Assembly: GCA_018896525.1 (NCBI GenBank)
Contig: JAHIMR010000096.1
Location: 55,462-119,461, forward strand
Direction: 5' to 3'
Length of the DNA stretch: 64,000 nt
Source of the DNA: Actinomycetota bacterium
GTDB lineage: Bacteria; Actinomycetota; Geothermincolia; Fen-727; Anoxymicrobiaceae
The translations under genes were made by a program, and so were the position numbers. Below the pieces are notes generated by a model that searched no databases, had not been told where the DNA came from, and worked only from the letters and a program-made list of their open reading frames with translations. Below, piece after piece: positions 18,847 through 28,482 of the stretch; position 1 is the first letter of the stretch; each line of letters opens with the position of its first letter.

Positions 18847-19722
18847 ATGTTCACGATCGCGGAGAAGGTAAACGTCATTACCACCAGTATCAGGGACGCC
18901 ATGAAGGCGGAGGACAAGAAGCCCATCCAGGAGATGGTGGAACTGCAACTCGAGGGCAAGCCGGACTGCATCGACATCAACCTGGGCCCCGCCACCAAGA
19001 AAGGCCCCGAGACAATGCAGTGGATGGTGAAGATTATCGAGGAGGTGACAGACCTTCCCCTGTCCCTGGATACCATGAACATGGAGGCGATGGAGGCGGG
19101 CCTTCAGATAGCGTCCAACCAGGCAATCCTCAACTCGATATCGGCGGCGCCGGAGCGGATGGAGAAGCTGATACCGATGGCGACGAAGTATAACGCCAAG
19201 GTTGTCGGTTTGTGCATGAGCGAGGCGGGCGTTCCCAGGGACGAGAACGAGAGACTGGAGAATGGCTATAACCTGATGATGGCGTTCGAGGCGGCCGGCA
19301 TCGGGATTGACGACTACTGGATCGACCCTATCGTCCTGCCGATCTGTGTGACCCAGGATCATGTTCACGCACTTATCAAGGCGACCAAGATGTTCAGTGA
19401 GCTTCCCGAGAAGCCGCATATGGTATGCGGGCTGTCCAACGTGAGCAACAACTGTGACCCCAAGGTACAGGACCTGCTGAACCGTATCTACCTGGCGGTA
19501 CTGATGGGCTACGGCATGGACGCCGTAATACTGGATCCCAACGACGAGAAGCTGATGGCGGTAGCCCGAGGTGAGAGCCCGGAGAACGAGTGGGCTTTGA
19601 TAGCCGCGGGCATAAAGGAAGGAGAGCTTGACCTCTCCGACCCCGACCAGCTCGCGGTAAAGAAGACGGTGAAGCTGTTCTTCGAGAAGACGCTGTACGC
19701 CGACTCCTACCTGGAACTGTAA
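18847..19722 (+). CDS. acsE: Methyl-THF:corrinoid Fe-S protein methyltransferase (MeTr; pterin-binding domain)
   Basis: Pterin-binding barrel sequence (IDINLGPA, SLDTMN, GLSNVS). Start at ATG 18847 after AGGAGG. Located in the acs cluster. Confidence 0.85.
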   Translation: MFTIAEKVNVITTSIRDAMKAEDKKPIQEMVELQLEGKPDCIDINLGPATKKGPETMQWMVKIIEEVTDLPLSLDTMNMEAMEAGLQIASNQAILNSISAAPERMEKLIPMATKYNAKVVGLCMSEAGVPRDENERLENGYNLMMAFEAAGIGIDDYWIDPIVLPICVTQDHVHALIKATKMFSELPEKPHMVCGLSNVSNNCDPKVQDLLNRIYLAVLMGYGMDAVILDPNDEKLMAVARGESPENEWALIAAGIKEGELDLSDPDQLAVKKTVKLFFEKTLYADSYLEL

Positions 19723-19793
19723 GACGAGCGACGATCAGGCCCGAGGGCCGGAGGCGGGAGCGTAAGACGATAAGCCGACAGGGGGATGGCAAG

Positions 19794-20312
19794 ATGGCTG
19801 GCAAAGCCGGCAAGGTAACGGACGAGGAGAAACAGCGAATCGCGCTGGACAGGGTGCTCAAGAAGTACAGTAAACAGAAAGGCGCGCTCATCCCCGTCCT
19901 CCAGGAAGCCCAGGAGGGCCTGGGGTACCTCTCCGAGGAGACGCTTGGGTATATCGCGCGGAACACGGGCAGGACGTTGGCCCAGGTCTATGGCGTGGTC
20001 ACGTTCTACACCCAGTTCCGCCTGGAACCGATAGGCCGCCACCTGGTACGCATCTGCCACGGCACCGCCTGCCACGTGGGCGGGGCCGAGGACATAGACG
20101 CGGCGGTCTGTGGTCATCTGGACCTTGACCAGGAAGGGGGGACCACCCCCGATATGGAGTTCACCGTGGAGAAGGTGGTATGTGTGGGCGCCTGCAGCCT
20201 GGCCCCGATAATATTGGTGGATAACGTGGCCCACGGCCGGCTCGATTCCGAGAAAGCCCGCAAGGTCATCAGGGAGTACCAGAAGCGGAAGCAGGGGGCG
20301 AGGGGTTCTTGA
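19794..20312 (+). CDS. NADH-quinone oxidoreductase subunit E-like 2Fe-2S protein (NuoE/HydC/FdsG type)
   Basis: Motifs CHGTACHVGG ... CVGACSLAP are the thioredoxin-like 2Fe-2S signature of NuoE. Confidence 0.85.
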   Translation: MAGKAGKVTDEEKQRIALDRVLKKYSKQKGALIPVLQEAQEGLGYLSEETLGYIARNTGRTLAQVYGVVTFYTQFRLEPIGRHLVRICHGTACHVGGAEDIDAAVCGHLDLDQEGGTTPDMEFTVEKVVCVGACSLAPIILVDNVAHGRLDSEKARKVIREYQKRKQGARGS

Positions 20313-22087
20313 AGAAGAAAGACAAGGTCGTTGTGGGCCTGGCCACCTGCGGCATAGCCGCCGGCGGTGTCGAGGTGATGGACGAGATCGCCCGCGAGCT
20401 GAAGAAGCGGCGACTCGACGTCGAGCTCGACGAGACCGGATGCATCGGATGCTGCTTCGCCGAGGTCTTAGTTGATTTCGAGAAGGAGGGAATGCCCAGG
20501 GTCACCTACGGGGACGTACGGCCCGAGGACGTGCCCGCGCTGGTGGAGTCCCACCTGGTGAACGGCAAGATACTAAAAGAAAAGGTGCTCCTCATAGAGG
20601 GAAGAAAGACCACCGAGGCAGACTTCCTCAAGAAGCAGACCCGTATCGTTCTTGGCAACTGCGGGATCCTCGACCCCGAGGACATCGAGGATTACATGGG
20701 AATCGGAGGGTACGAGGGCCTCCGAAAAGCGCTCTCAGGGATGACCCCCGAGCAGGTGCGTAAGGAGGTCCTGGACTCGGGACTCCGTGGCAGGGGGGGC
20801 GCCGGTTTTCCCACTGGGGCCAAGTGGAACTTCTGCGCGCGCGCCGAGGGCGAGGACAAGTACATCGTCTGCAACGCCGACGAGGGAGACCCGGGCGCGT
20901 TCATGGACAGGAGTGTGCTGGAGGGCGACCCCCACGCGGTGCTGGAGGGCATGATAATCGCCGGCTACGCCATCGGGGCGACCCACGGATATATCTACTG
21001 CCGCGCCGAGTACCCGCTGGCTGTGAAGCGCTTGAAGATGGCTATCCGTGACGCGACCGGGAAGGGGTTCCTGGGTAGTGACATCCTTGGTTCCGGATAC
21101 AGCCTCGACATAATCATCAAGGAAGGGGCCGGGGCTTTTGTCTGCGGTGAGGAGACAGCCCTGATAGCCAGCATCGAAGGGGTAAGGGGGATGCCACGTC
21201 CCCGCCCGCCGTTTCCCGCCAACAAGGGTATCTGGGGCATGCCCACTAATATAAACAACGTGGAGACCCTTGCCAACGTGCCCTGGATAATCCGTGAGGG
21301 TGCCGGGAAGTTCGCGCGCCTGGGCACAAAGGGCAGCAAGGGCACCAAGGTTTTCTGCCTTACCGGCAAGGTAAGGCGCGGTGGGTTGGCCGAGGTGGCC
21401 ATGGGGACCACTCTCCGGGAGGTCATATTCGGCGTTGGTGGCGGGATAAAGAATGATCGCCCGTTCAAGGCGGTCCAGATAGGGGGCCCTTCGGGAGGAT
21501 GCCTTCCCGCCGAACTGCTGGACACACCGGTGGATTACGACTCGCTTCCAGCCGCGGGTGCCATAATGGGTTCCGGGGGGATGGTGATAGTCGACGACAC
21601 CACCTGTATGGTCGACCTCGCCAAGTACTTCCTCACGTTCACCCAGATGGAGTCGTGCGGCAAATGTACCCCCTGCCGGATAGGTACCAAGCGGATGCTG
21701 GAGATACTTACCCGCATATGTGAGGGGAAGGGGGAGCCGGAGGACATCGAGCGACTGGAGAAGCTGGCGGTGGATATCAAGGACGGGTCACTCTGCGCTC
21801 TGGGGGGAACCGCGCCGAACCCGGTGCTTACCACCCTGCGCTACTTCAAGGATGAGTACGAGGCCCACATCTTCGATAAGCGGTGCCCGGCGGGCCTGTG
21901 CTCGGAACTGGTGACGTTCCACATAGACCCCGAGAAGTGCAACGGATGCACCGTCTGCGCCCGCAACTGTCCGACGGGCGCAATAACCGGGGAGAAGAAA
22001 GAACCGCACGGGATAGACCAGGAGAAGTGCATAAAGTGTCGGGAGTGCCTGAGGCGTTGCCGCTTTGACGCGGTATACACCGTGTAG
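20309..22087 (+). CDS. NuoF-like NAD(P)H/FMN-binding Fe-S subunit (HydB/FdsB type) with C-terminal 2x[4Fe-4S] ferredoxin domain
   Basis: GRGGAGFPTGAKW (FMN/NADH site), ESCGKCTPCR (N3 cluster) and C-terminal CNGCTVCARNCP / CIKCRECLRRC. The TTG start overlaps the nuoE-like stop. Confidence 0.9.
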   Translation: MKKKDKVVVGLATCGIAAGGVEVMDEIARELKKRRLDVELDETGCIGCCFAEVLVDFEKEGMPRVTYGDVRPEDVPALVESHLVNGKILKEKVLLIEGRKTTEADFLKKQTRIVLGNCGILDPEDIEDYMGIGGYEGLRKALSGMTPEQVRKEVLDSGLRGRGGAGFPTGAKWNFCARAEGEDKYIVCNADEGDPGAFMDRSVLEGDPHAVLEGMIIAGYAIGATHGYIYCRAEYPLAVKRLKMAIRDATGKGFLGSDILGSGYSLDIIIKEGAGAFVCGEETALIASIEGVRGMPRPRPPFPANKGIWGMPTNINNVETLANVPWIIREGAGKFARLGTKGSKGTKVFCLTGKVRRGGLAEVAMGTTLREVIFGVGGGIKNDRPFKAVQIGGPSGGCLPAELLDTPVDYDSLPAAGAIMGSGGMVIVDDTTCMVDLAKYFLTFTQMESCGKCTPCRIGTKRMLEILTRICEGKGEPEDIERLEKLAVDIKDGSLCALGGTAPNPVLTTLRYFKDEYEAHIFDKRCPAGLCSELVTFHIDPEKCNGCTVCARNCPTGAITGEKKEPHGIDQEKCIKCRECLRRCRFDAVYTV

Positions 22088-22111
22088 GCGCCGGTAACCC
22101 GGGAGGAGACA

Positions 22112-24805
22112 ATGTCCGAGGATATGAAGCTGACGATAGACCGCAGGAAGTGCGTCGGGCGGAAGGGCCAGACCATCGTGGAGGTGGCCCGGGAGAACGA
22201 TATATGGATACCGACACTGTGCTTTGACGAGCGGATGGAGCCTTATGGGGCGTGCCGCGTCTGCCTGGTAGAGGTGGAGGGGGCGAGGGCGCTGCTCCCG
22301 GCGTGCACCGCGGAGATAACCCCGGACATGGTGGTCACGACCTCCAACGAGCGCATTGACTCGATAAGGAGAACGGTTATCGAGCTGATTCTCTCCGACC
22401 ACCCGAAAGACTGTCTGACCTGTGAGTCCAACGGCTCCTGCGCCCTGCAGGACCTGGCGTACCGGTACGGTGTCAAGGAGTCCTCCTTCGGGGGGGAGGC
22501 ACACAGCTACCACTTGCTCGACGACAACCCGGTGATCGAGCGCGATCCCGACAAGTGTATCCTCTGCGGACGGTGTGTCCGGATATGCGAGGAGATCGTG
22601 GGGGCGGGCGTCTACGGGTTCGTGGGGCGGGGCTTCGATACGACGGTCGGTACACCGTACGAGCATCCGCTGGAGGAGAGCCCGTGCCTGTTCTGCGGGC
22701 AGTGCATTTCCACCTGCCCGGTGGGGGCGCTGGCTTCGAAGCTCTCCAAGGGTGCCGGAAGGCCGTGGGAACTCGAAGAGACCGACACCACCTGTCCGTA
22801 CTGCGGGGTAGGGTGCACGTTGACACTGTGGACACGGGACAACAAGGTGGTTAACATCACGGCCCCGCTTGACAGGGGTGTCAACAGGGGGAACCTCTGC
22901 GTCAAGGGGCGGTTCGGGTTCCAGTATATTGATTCACCCGAACGGTTGAAGCACCCGATGATCAGGGGCAAGGACGGTCGGTTGCGGAAGACGAGCTGGA
23001 ACAAGGCGATATCGTTGGTGACCGAGCGGTTCTCCGGGATAGTGGAAAAGCACGGAGCCGACGCCGTGGGAGGGCTTTCCAGCGCGCGGTGCACCAACGA
23101 GGAGAATTACCTTTTCCAGAAGTTCATGCGGGCGGTGGTGGGCACCAACAACGTGGACCACTGCGCCAGGTTGTGACACAGTCCCACGGTCGCCGGTCTG
23201 GCGGCCACGTTCGGGAGCGGTGCCATGACCAACTCCATCGATGACCTCGCCTGCGCTGACGTTACGCTGATAATCGGGTCCAACACCTCGGAGAACCATC
23301 CGGTCATCAGCATGGAGATCATCAAGGCGGTGAAGGCGGGCAGGAAGCGCCTCATCGTTATCGATCCCAGGAACATCATGATGACCGAGTTCGCCGACGT
23401 GGTGCTCAACCACCGGCCGGGCACCGACGTGGCCGTTCTGAACGGGATGATGCACCAGATAATCAAGAAGGGGCTTTACGACAGGGAGTTCGTGGAGGCC
23501 CGGACCGAGGGCTTCGGGGAACTGAAGAAGCTGGTAGCCGCCTATACACCGGCGTATGTCGAGAGGATATCCGGCGTACCCGCCGCCAAGCTCAAGGAGG
23601 CCGCGGAGCTGTTCGCGGGAGCGGACCACGCGAATATCCTCTACGCCATGGGCATCACCCAGCATATAACAGGCACCGACAACGTGATGTCGGTCGCCAA
23701 CCTGGCTTCGCTCACCGGGAACCTGGGGATACCCGGGGGTGGTGTCAACCCGCTGCGGGGCCAGAACAACGTACAGGGGGCGTGCGACGTGGGCGCCCTT
23801 CCCAACGTCTACACCGGCTACCAGAAGGTCGCCGACGAAGGCGTGCGGCACAAGATGGAGTCGGCGTGGGGCGTTGAACTGCCGGATACCCCCGGTCTTG
23901 TAGCCACCGAGATGGTGCGAGAGCGTTCTAAAGGCGGGGTCATGGCAATGTACATCATGGGTGAGAACCCGATGGTCTCCGACCCGGACCTCAATCACGC
24001 CGCTGCGGTTCTGGAGGACCTGGAGTTCCTGGTGGTCCAGGACATATTCATGACCGAGACCGCCGAGATTGCCGACGTGGTCCTGCCCGGCCTAACCTAC
24101 GCCGAGAAGGACGGCACCTTCACCAACACCGAGCGGCGGGTGCAGCGCGTCCGCAAGGCGGTCCAAGGCCCGGGGGAGGCGAGGGACGACTGGCGGATAA
24201 CCTGCGATATCGCTCGCGCGATGGGTTACCCGATGGAGTACGATCACGTATCCGATGTGAAGAGGGAGATCTGCGCTCTCACCCCGAGCTACGCCGGGAT
24301 AACCTGGGAGCGGCTGGAGGACGGGGGCGTGCAGTGGCCGTGCCCCACACTGGAACATCCCGGAACGCCGATACTGCACGTGGGGCAGTGTACCCGCGGC
24401 AAGGCCAGGTTCATGCCGGTAGAGTTCAAGGAGCCGGCGGAGAAGACCAGCAAGAAGTACCCGCTGGTGCTCACCACCGGTCGTGTGCTCACCCACTTCC
24501 ACACCGGTTCCATGACCAGGCGCTGCGAGGCGCTCGACGAGCTGGTGCCCCGGGCGGTGGCGGAGTTCAGCCCTGAGGACGCAAAGAAGTACCGTATAAA
24601 GGACGGCGACACCGTCTGCCTCACCAGCCGCCGCGGGACGATAGATGTAACAGTAAAGGTCACCGAGAAGTCGAACCCGGGCGTGGTCTTCATGCCGTTC
24701 CACTTCGCCGAGTGCGCGGCGAACGTGCTGACCGGCGGTGCGCTCGACCCGGTAGCCAAGATCCCCGAGTACAAAGTAAGCGCGATAAAGGTCCGGAAAA
24801 AATGA
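22112..24805 (+). CDS. fdhA: Formate dehydrogenase catalytic subunit, selenocysteine-containing (NuoG-like N-terminal Fe-S domains + Mo/W-bisPGD domain); in-frame UGA at 23174-23176
   Basis: The two track ORFs (22112..23176 and 23225..24805) share one frame. The junction reads [30 protein letters not shown], the conserved FDH active-site Sec/Cys context. A hairpin lies 11 nt downstream of the UGA. Confidence 0.85.
23188..23206 (+). promoter_or_regulatory. Candidate bacterial SECIS apical hairpin
   Basis: GGTCGCC-GGTCT-GGCGGCC forms a 7-bp stem (one G.U) with a GGUCU loop. It starts 11 nt after the UGA. The position and G/U-containing apical loop resemble bacterial fdh SECIS elements. Confidence 0.5.
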
Positions 24806-24860
24806 CAAAATAGTGCCAGGCACCATTTTGTCATTCCTTCCAATGCACCATTGGTGCATT
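24801..24860. terminator. Double hairpin after fdhA (variant of the GGTGCCAGGCACC family followed by the AATGCACCA/TGGTGCATT palindrome)
   Basis: AATGACAAAATAGTGCC/AGGCACCATTTTGTCATT is a near-perfect palindrome overlapping the fdhA stop. A second perfect 9-bp palindrome lies at 24842-24860. Confidence 0.55.
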
Positions 24861-24879
24861 CCCAAGAGGGGGCATAGCG

Positions 24880-25590
24880 ATGATCGATAACCGGGCGTAC
24901 CGGGGGGTAATGGAACCTGAGGGACTCGACTGCTACCGGGTGGTCATCGGTGAGAGTGACCTCTACATCTGTACTGAAGGTGAGTGGAAGTCCCGGGCCC
25001 GCGAATCACTGGCGGAGCGCAGGAGGGAGCTGGAAGAGTACCTGGAGAGTCATCCCTCTTTCGGCATGAGCTTCAAGCCGGTTCCCGCTACCGGTGACGC
25101 GCCCGGTATAGTCGAGGAGATGGCACGGGCGGCCTCCGTTTTCGATGTCGGCCCCATGGCTTCGGTCGCGGGGGCTATCGCACAGAGAGTGGGGCGCGAC
25201 CTCCTGAACCTCTCGAGCCAGGTGATAGTGGAGAATGGCGGCGATATTTTCATGGCAGGCGGCCGCAAGCGAAGAGTCCGGGTGTTCGCCGGGGAGGGGG
25301 CGCCGGCCATCGACATAAAGCTCGCCTGTTCGCCCGGGGGGATGGGCCTCTGCACGTCCAGTGCCACCGTGGGCCCGTCGGTATCGCTGGGGGCGGCGGA
25401 CGCGGTGGCCGTGCTCGCGCAGACAGCCACGCTCGCCGACGCCGCGGCAAGCGCGTTCGGTAATATGGTCAACTCGACGGAGGAGATCGGGGACGTCCTT
25501 ACCGGGGCGTCCGAACACGCCGAGGTCCTGGGCATCGTCGTGGTGGCGGGGGGTTCCGTTGGCGTATGGGGTGGGCTGGAGATAGCTTGA
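24880..25590 (+). CDS. UPF0280 / ApbE-superfamily-like protein (function unknown)
   Basis: 236 aa. YRV.IGESDL.I ... GPMA.VAGAIA ... ENGGDIF pattern as I recall for UPF0280 proteins. Assignment from memory of the family pattern only. Confidence 0.5.
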   Translation: MIDNRAYRGVMEPEGLDCYRVVIGESDLYICTEGEWKSRARESLAERRRELEEYLESHPSFGMSFKPVPATGDAPGIVEEMARAASVFDVGPMASVAGAIAQRVGRDLLNLSSQVIVENGGDIFMAGGRKRRVRVFAGEGAPAIDIKLACSPGGMGLCTSSATVGPSVSLGAADAVAVLAQTATLADAAASAFGNMVNSTEEIGDVLTGASEHAEVLGIVVVAGGSVGVWGGLEIA

Positions 25591-25709
25591 CCTACCGGAC
25601 TGTCGGTGGCTGCTGGTACGATTAGATATATTCACAATGACCGTAAAGGGTTTCAACAGTTGAAATAATCATAGACATAATATGTTATATCATGTAATAT
25701 ATAGCCACA

Positions 25710-26300
25710 ATGAAGTTATCAGAATGGGCCAGAAAACAGAACGTGTCCTACAGGACCGCATGGCGCTGGTTCCACGAGGGAAGGCTTCCCGTCCGAGCCG
25801 AACAGGTCGGTGAAGGGAAGACCATTCTCGTCTTTGAAGACGAATCCGGACCTGCTTACGATGAGAGCGTAGTTATTTACTGCCGTGTATCCGGTCACGA
25901 CCGGAAGGATGACCTGGGGAGGCAGACCGAAAGGTTGAAGTCCTTCGCCTCGGCAAAAGGCTGGCCGGTCAAACAGGTTGTCGAAGAGATCGGCTCCGGG
26001 CTCAACGGCAAGAGGACGAAGCTCTTGAAGCTCCTCTCCAGCCCGGAAGTGGGGAGAATAATCGTCGAGAACCCCGACCGCCTGGCGCGCTTCGGTTTCG
26101 AGTTTATAGAGGCCGCAATGATGTCACAGGGCAGGAGTATCATAGTAGCAGATGAGACGGAAGAGACAGCGGACATATGGGCCGACTTCATTGACGTGGT
26201 GACATCCATGTGCGAGAGAATTTACGGCAAGCGAGGAGCACGCGACAGGGCGAGGAAAGTTCTGGACACGCTGAAGAGCGAGGACAAGGAAACCAAATGA
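25710..26300 (+). CDS. tnpA: IS607-family serine recombinase transposase (MerR-like HTH + resolvase catalytic domain)
   Basis: MKLSEWARKQNVSYRTAWRWFHEGRLP (HTH) followed by VVIYCRVSGHDRKDDLGRQ (catalytic Ser context). Clear paralog of the 61057..61569 protein. Confidence 0.9.
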   Translation: MKLSEWARKQNVSYRTAWRWFHEGRLPVRAEQVGEGKTILVFEDESGPAYDESVVIYCRVSGHDRKDDLGRQTERLKSFASAKGWPVKQVVEEIGSGLNGKRTKLLKLLSSPEVGRIIVENPDRLARFGFEFIEAAMMSQGRSIIVADETEETADIWADFIDVVTSMCERIYGKRGARDRARKVLDTLKSEDKETK

Positions 26301-26785
26301 TGAGATTTGACGTAAGGCTAACTGAACTCATAACGTTAATCAGGGGAACGTTTGCTAACGAGAGCATTTACCTGACCTGCCGCCCATTGAAACAAGGGGA
26401 GGCACAGCACCCCTCCACGTTCGCCGCCGATAACATCACAGACCTGGATATCTGGACGCTTCTCATGCAAGCGAAGATCTGCTCGGGAAACATCGACGCC
26501 GTAGCATTGGTCTTGCGCATATTTCGAAACGAGAAAACACATATTCAGAATGAAGAGGGAGTAAGGGTCGAAGTCCCCTACAAAGACCTCTACATGTTTC
26601 TCGCAGAAGAAGCCGGAGTGACTGGCTTTGACCTTCAAACAACTCTCGATATGCACTGCACCTACGCCCCATCGGGCGAACCCATATCCCCCGAGCCGGC
26701 CGTTAATTATAAGGCGTCGATCGACCTATTGACAGAGGCCGGATACCAGCCAAGAATGATGATACAAGAGAAGAAGGAGCCGTGA
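26297..26785 (+). CDS. Hypothetical 162-aa protein with RNxxxH (HEPN-like) motif, encoded between tnpA and the tnpB-like gene
   Basis: The ATG overlaps the tnpA stop (ATGA), and its stop overlaps the next start. Helical-looking sequence with LRIFRNEKTHI (R77-x4-H82; nt 26525-26542). No other recognisable domain. Confidence 0.6.
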   Translation: MMRFDVRLTELITLIRGTFANESIYLTCRPLKQGEAQHPSTFAADNITDLDIWTLLMQAKICSGNIDAVALVLRIFRNEKTHIQNEEGVRVEVPYKDLYMFLAEEAGVTGFDLQTTLDMHCTYAPSGEPISPEPAVNYKASIDLLTEAGYQPRMMIQEKKEP

Positions 26786-28347
26786 TGGCCGTCAGTAGTA
26801 ACGGTTCTGTGACAAGGGCTTACGATTATCGTCTGCCCAGAGAGATTCAAAAGGACTGCCTGCGGACCCTGGGCCTCGTACTGCCCATCGAGAATGACCT
26901 ACTCGAATCCCTATGGTCGGAGAGCTTTCTGGAACAGCTCGGCTTGACGTGCGACACGAAGTACGTCTGGAAGTGGCTGGAGCCCAGGATGGAAAGGCCC
27001 GAAGGCCTTCCGTCACGCATATGGAGAGGCATACTGGAACAGGTCGGAAGGATACTCAAGGCACAGGCGGTCAGGCTCGACCTGTTCCGCTTTCTCAAGT
27101 CCATAACCACCAACGAGCAGGAGTGGTGCTGGCAGCTCTGCCGGGACAACGGCAAACCTTTCGTCAAGGCGAACCACATATACTCGATAAAAGAGGCTGT
27201 CTGCCGGTACAGGTGCAAGAACGCGGGCAAGTTCCCCGAGAGATACTTCGACATCACGGGTTGCCCCAGACTGAGGAACGGCATCATTACCTACGCCCCC
27301 GACGACGGACAGGCGATACGCTACGACCTGGAGGGAACCACCTTCAAGGTCCGACTGAAAGTAATTGACGAAGAAGGCACCTGGACCTGGAGGGAGACGT
27401 CATTCGAGCTTCCCGGCATCGTTCTCGAACGGCTGGGGGACGGGACCATGAGGTCTCCCGACCTCAGGTGCAAAGACGGCAAGGCATTCCTCGATTTGAA
27501 GGTGGAGTCCAAGAACAGCGGCGCCCGCGATAATTGCCCGCGCAACAAGCTGTTCGCGGACTGGGGGACCACCAGGAAGCTACTGGCTATCATAGCCGTC
27601 ACCCCCGGGGGTGCCCAGATGGGTCCCCCGATCTTCTTGAAGTACGAAGGTGTCTTCGGGAAGCTCCATCGAATCAGGCAGCATATCGACCACTTGAAGA
27701 AGGCAAGGGCCAAGGTCGCCAGGAGGAAAGACAGGCGGCGTTGGGACAGGTACACGGCCCTGATAGGACAGGCATGGAGTAAGTACCATGAGCTACAGAA
27801 GGAGCTGGCGCACCTCGCCTCCAACGCCCTGGTGGACATAGCAGAAGCGTACGGTTGCGACGCAATCTACGTGGAAGACCTCTCCACGTGTAAGTCAAAG
27901 AACTTCAGCAGGAAACTCAACAGGATAATCAATAACACCGTTCGATCGCAGATCTATAACAAGGTGGCGTACAAGGGAAAGCTGAAGGGCCTGAGCCTCC
28001 ACTACGTAAAGGCGTGGTGGACCTCCCAGACGTGTCCCTTGACAGGTGTTCGAGGAAAGAGATTTACGGCCCCCGATGGCATCCGGCGCGCGGGAGGCGG
28101 CTGGTTCATCTCTGAGGCCTGCTCTTTGGACGCTGATTATGTGGCCTGCAAGAACCTGGCTCGAAGAGCCTTGTTTGATTTCTCACTCAACAGAGCAAAA
28201 GCCCTTGCCTACAAGGAGAGGGCTACTCTTGCCAAGCAGTTCAGGCAAGGCACTGGAGGGCTACGGAATCTGCGGAAGGCTCTCTCCGGATGGAACTACG
28301 GCGTCAAGATAGTGCCCGGTTCTGTTTTCTATCCGTTGAGGGCTTGA
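26782..28347 (+). CDS. Enlarged TnpB/Cas12-like RuvC nuclease (521 aa) with degenerate zinc finger
   Basis: TnpB-like N-terminus TRAYDYRLP. RuvC-I LFADWG (D260, nt 27559-27561), RuvC-II AIYVEDL (E365), KLNRII...YKGK..G...V..WWTSQTC, and RuvC-III LDADYVACKNL (D452). The usual CxxC...CxxC is replaced by CPLTG...EAC. Confidence 0.8.
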   Translation: MMAVSSNGSVTRAYDYRLPREIQKDCLRTLGLVLPIENDLLESLWSESFLEQLGLTCDTKYVWKWLEPRMERPEGLPSRIWRGILEQVGRILKAQAVRLDLFRFLKSITTNEQEWCWQLCRDNGKPFVKANHIYSIKEAVCRYRCKNAGKFPERYFDITGCPRLRNGIITYAPDDGQAIRYDLEGTTFKVRLKVIDEEGTWTWRETSFELPGIVLERLGDGTMRSPDLRCKDGKAFLDLKVESKNSGARDNCPRNKLFADWGTTRKLLAIIAVTPGGAQMGPPIFLKYEGVFGKLHRIRQHIDHLKKARAKVARRKDRRRWDRYTALIGQAWSKYHELQKELAHLASNALVDIAEAYGCDAIYVEDLSTCKSKNFSRKLNRIINNTVRSQIYNKVAYKGKLKGLSLHYVKAWWTSQTCPLTGVRGKRFTAPDGIRRAGGGWFISEACSLDADYVACKNLARRALFDFSLNRAKALAYKERATLAKQFRQGTGGLRNLRKALSGWNYGVKIVPGSVFYPLRA

Positions 28348-28482
28348 CGTGGTGAACGTGGGTGTTGTGGAACAGATGTACACATTTGTTGAACGGTTTA
28401 ACGCATGTCGCCGACGAAGATATTAAGCGATAAGTACGATTTGAACGGAACCTGGTGACGCACGGTAAGGGCGGGTAATGGT

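Noticed and set aside
23174-23227. fdhA as a pseudogene or two separate genes (22112..23176 and 23225..24805)
   Set aside because: Both parts share one frame. The TGA sits at the conserved active-site Sec/Cys position and is followed by a SECIS-like hairpin. It is interpreted as selenocysteine recoding.
26210-26296. Longer version of the HEPN-motif ORF starting at 26210
   Set aside because: That start lies 90 nt inside tnpA in another frame and encodes an Arg/Gly-rich peptide. ATG 26297, overlapping the tnpA stop (ATGA), is the more plausible coupled start.
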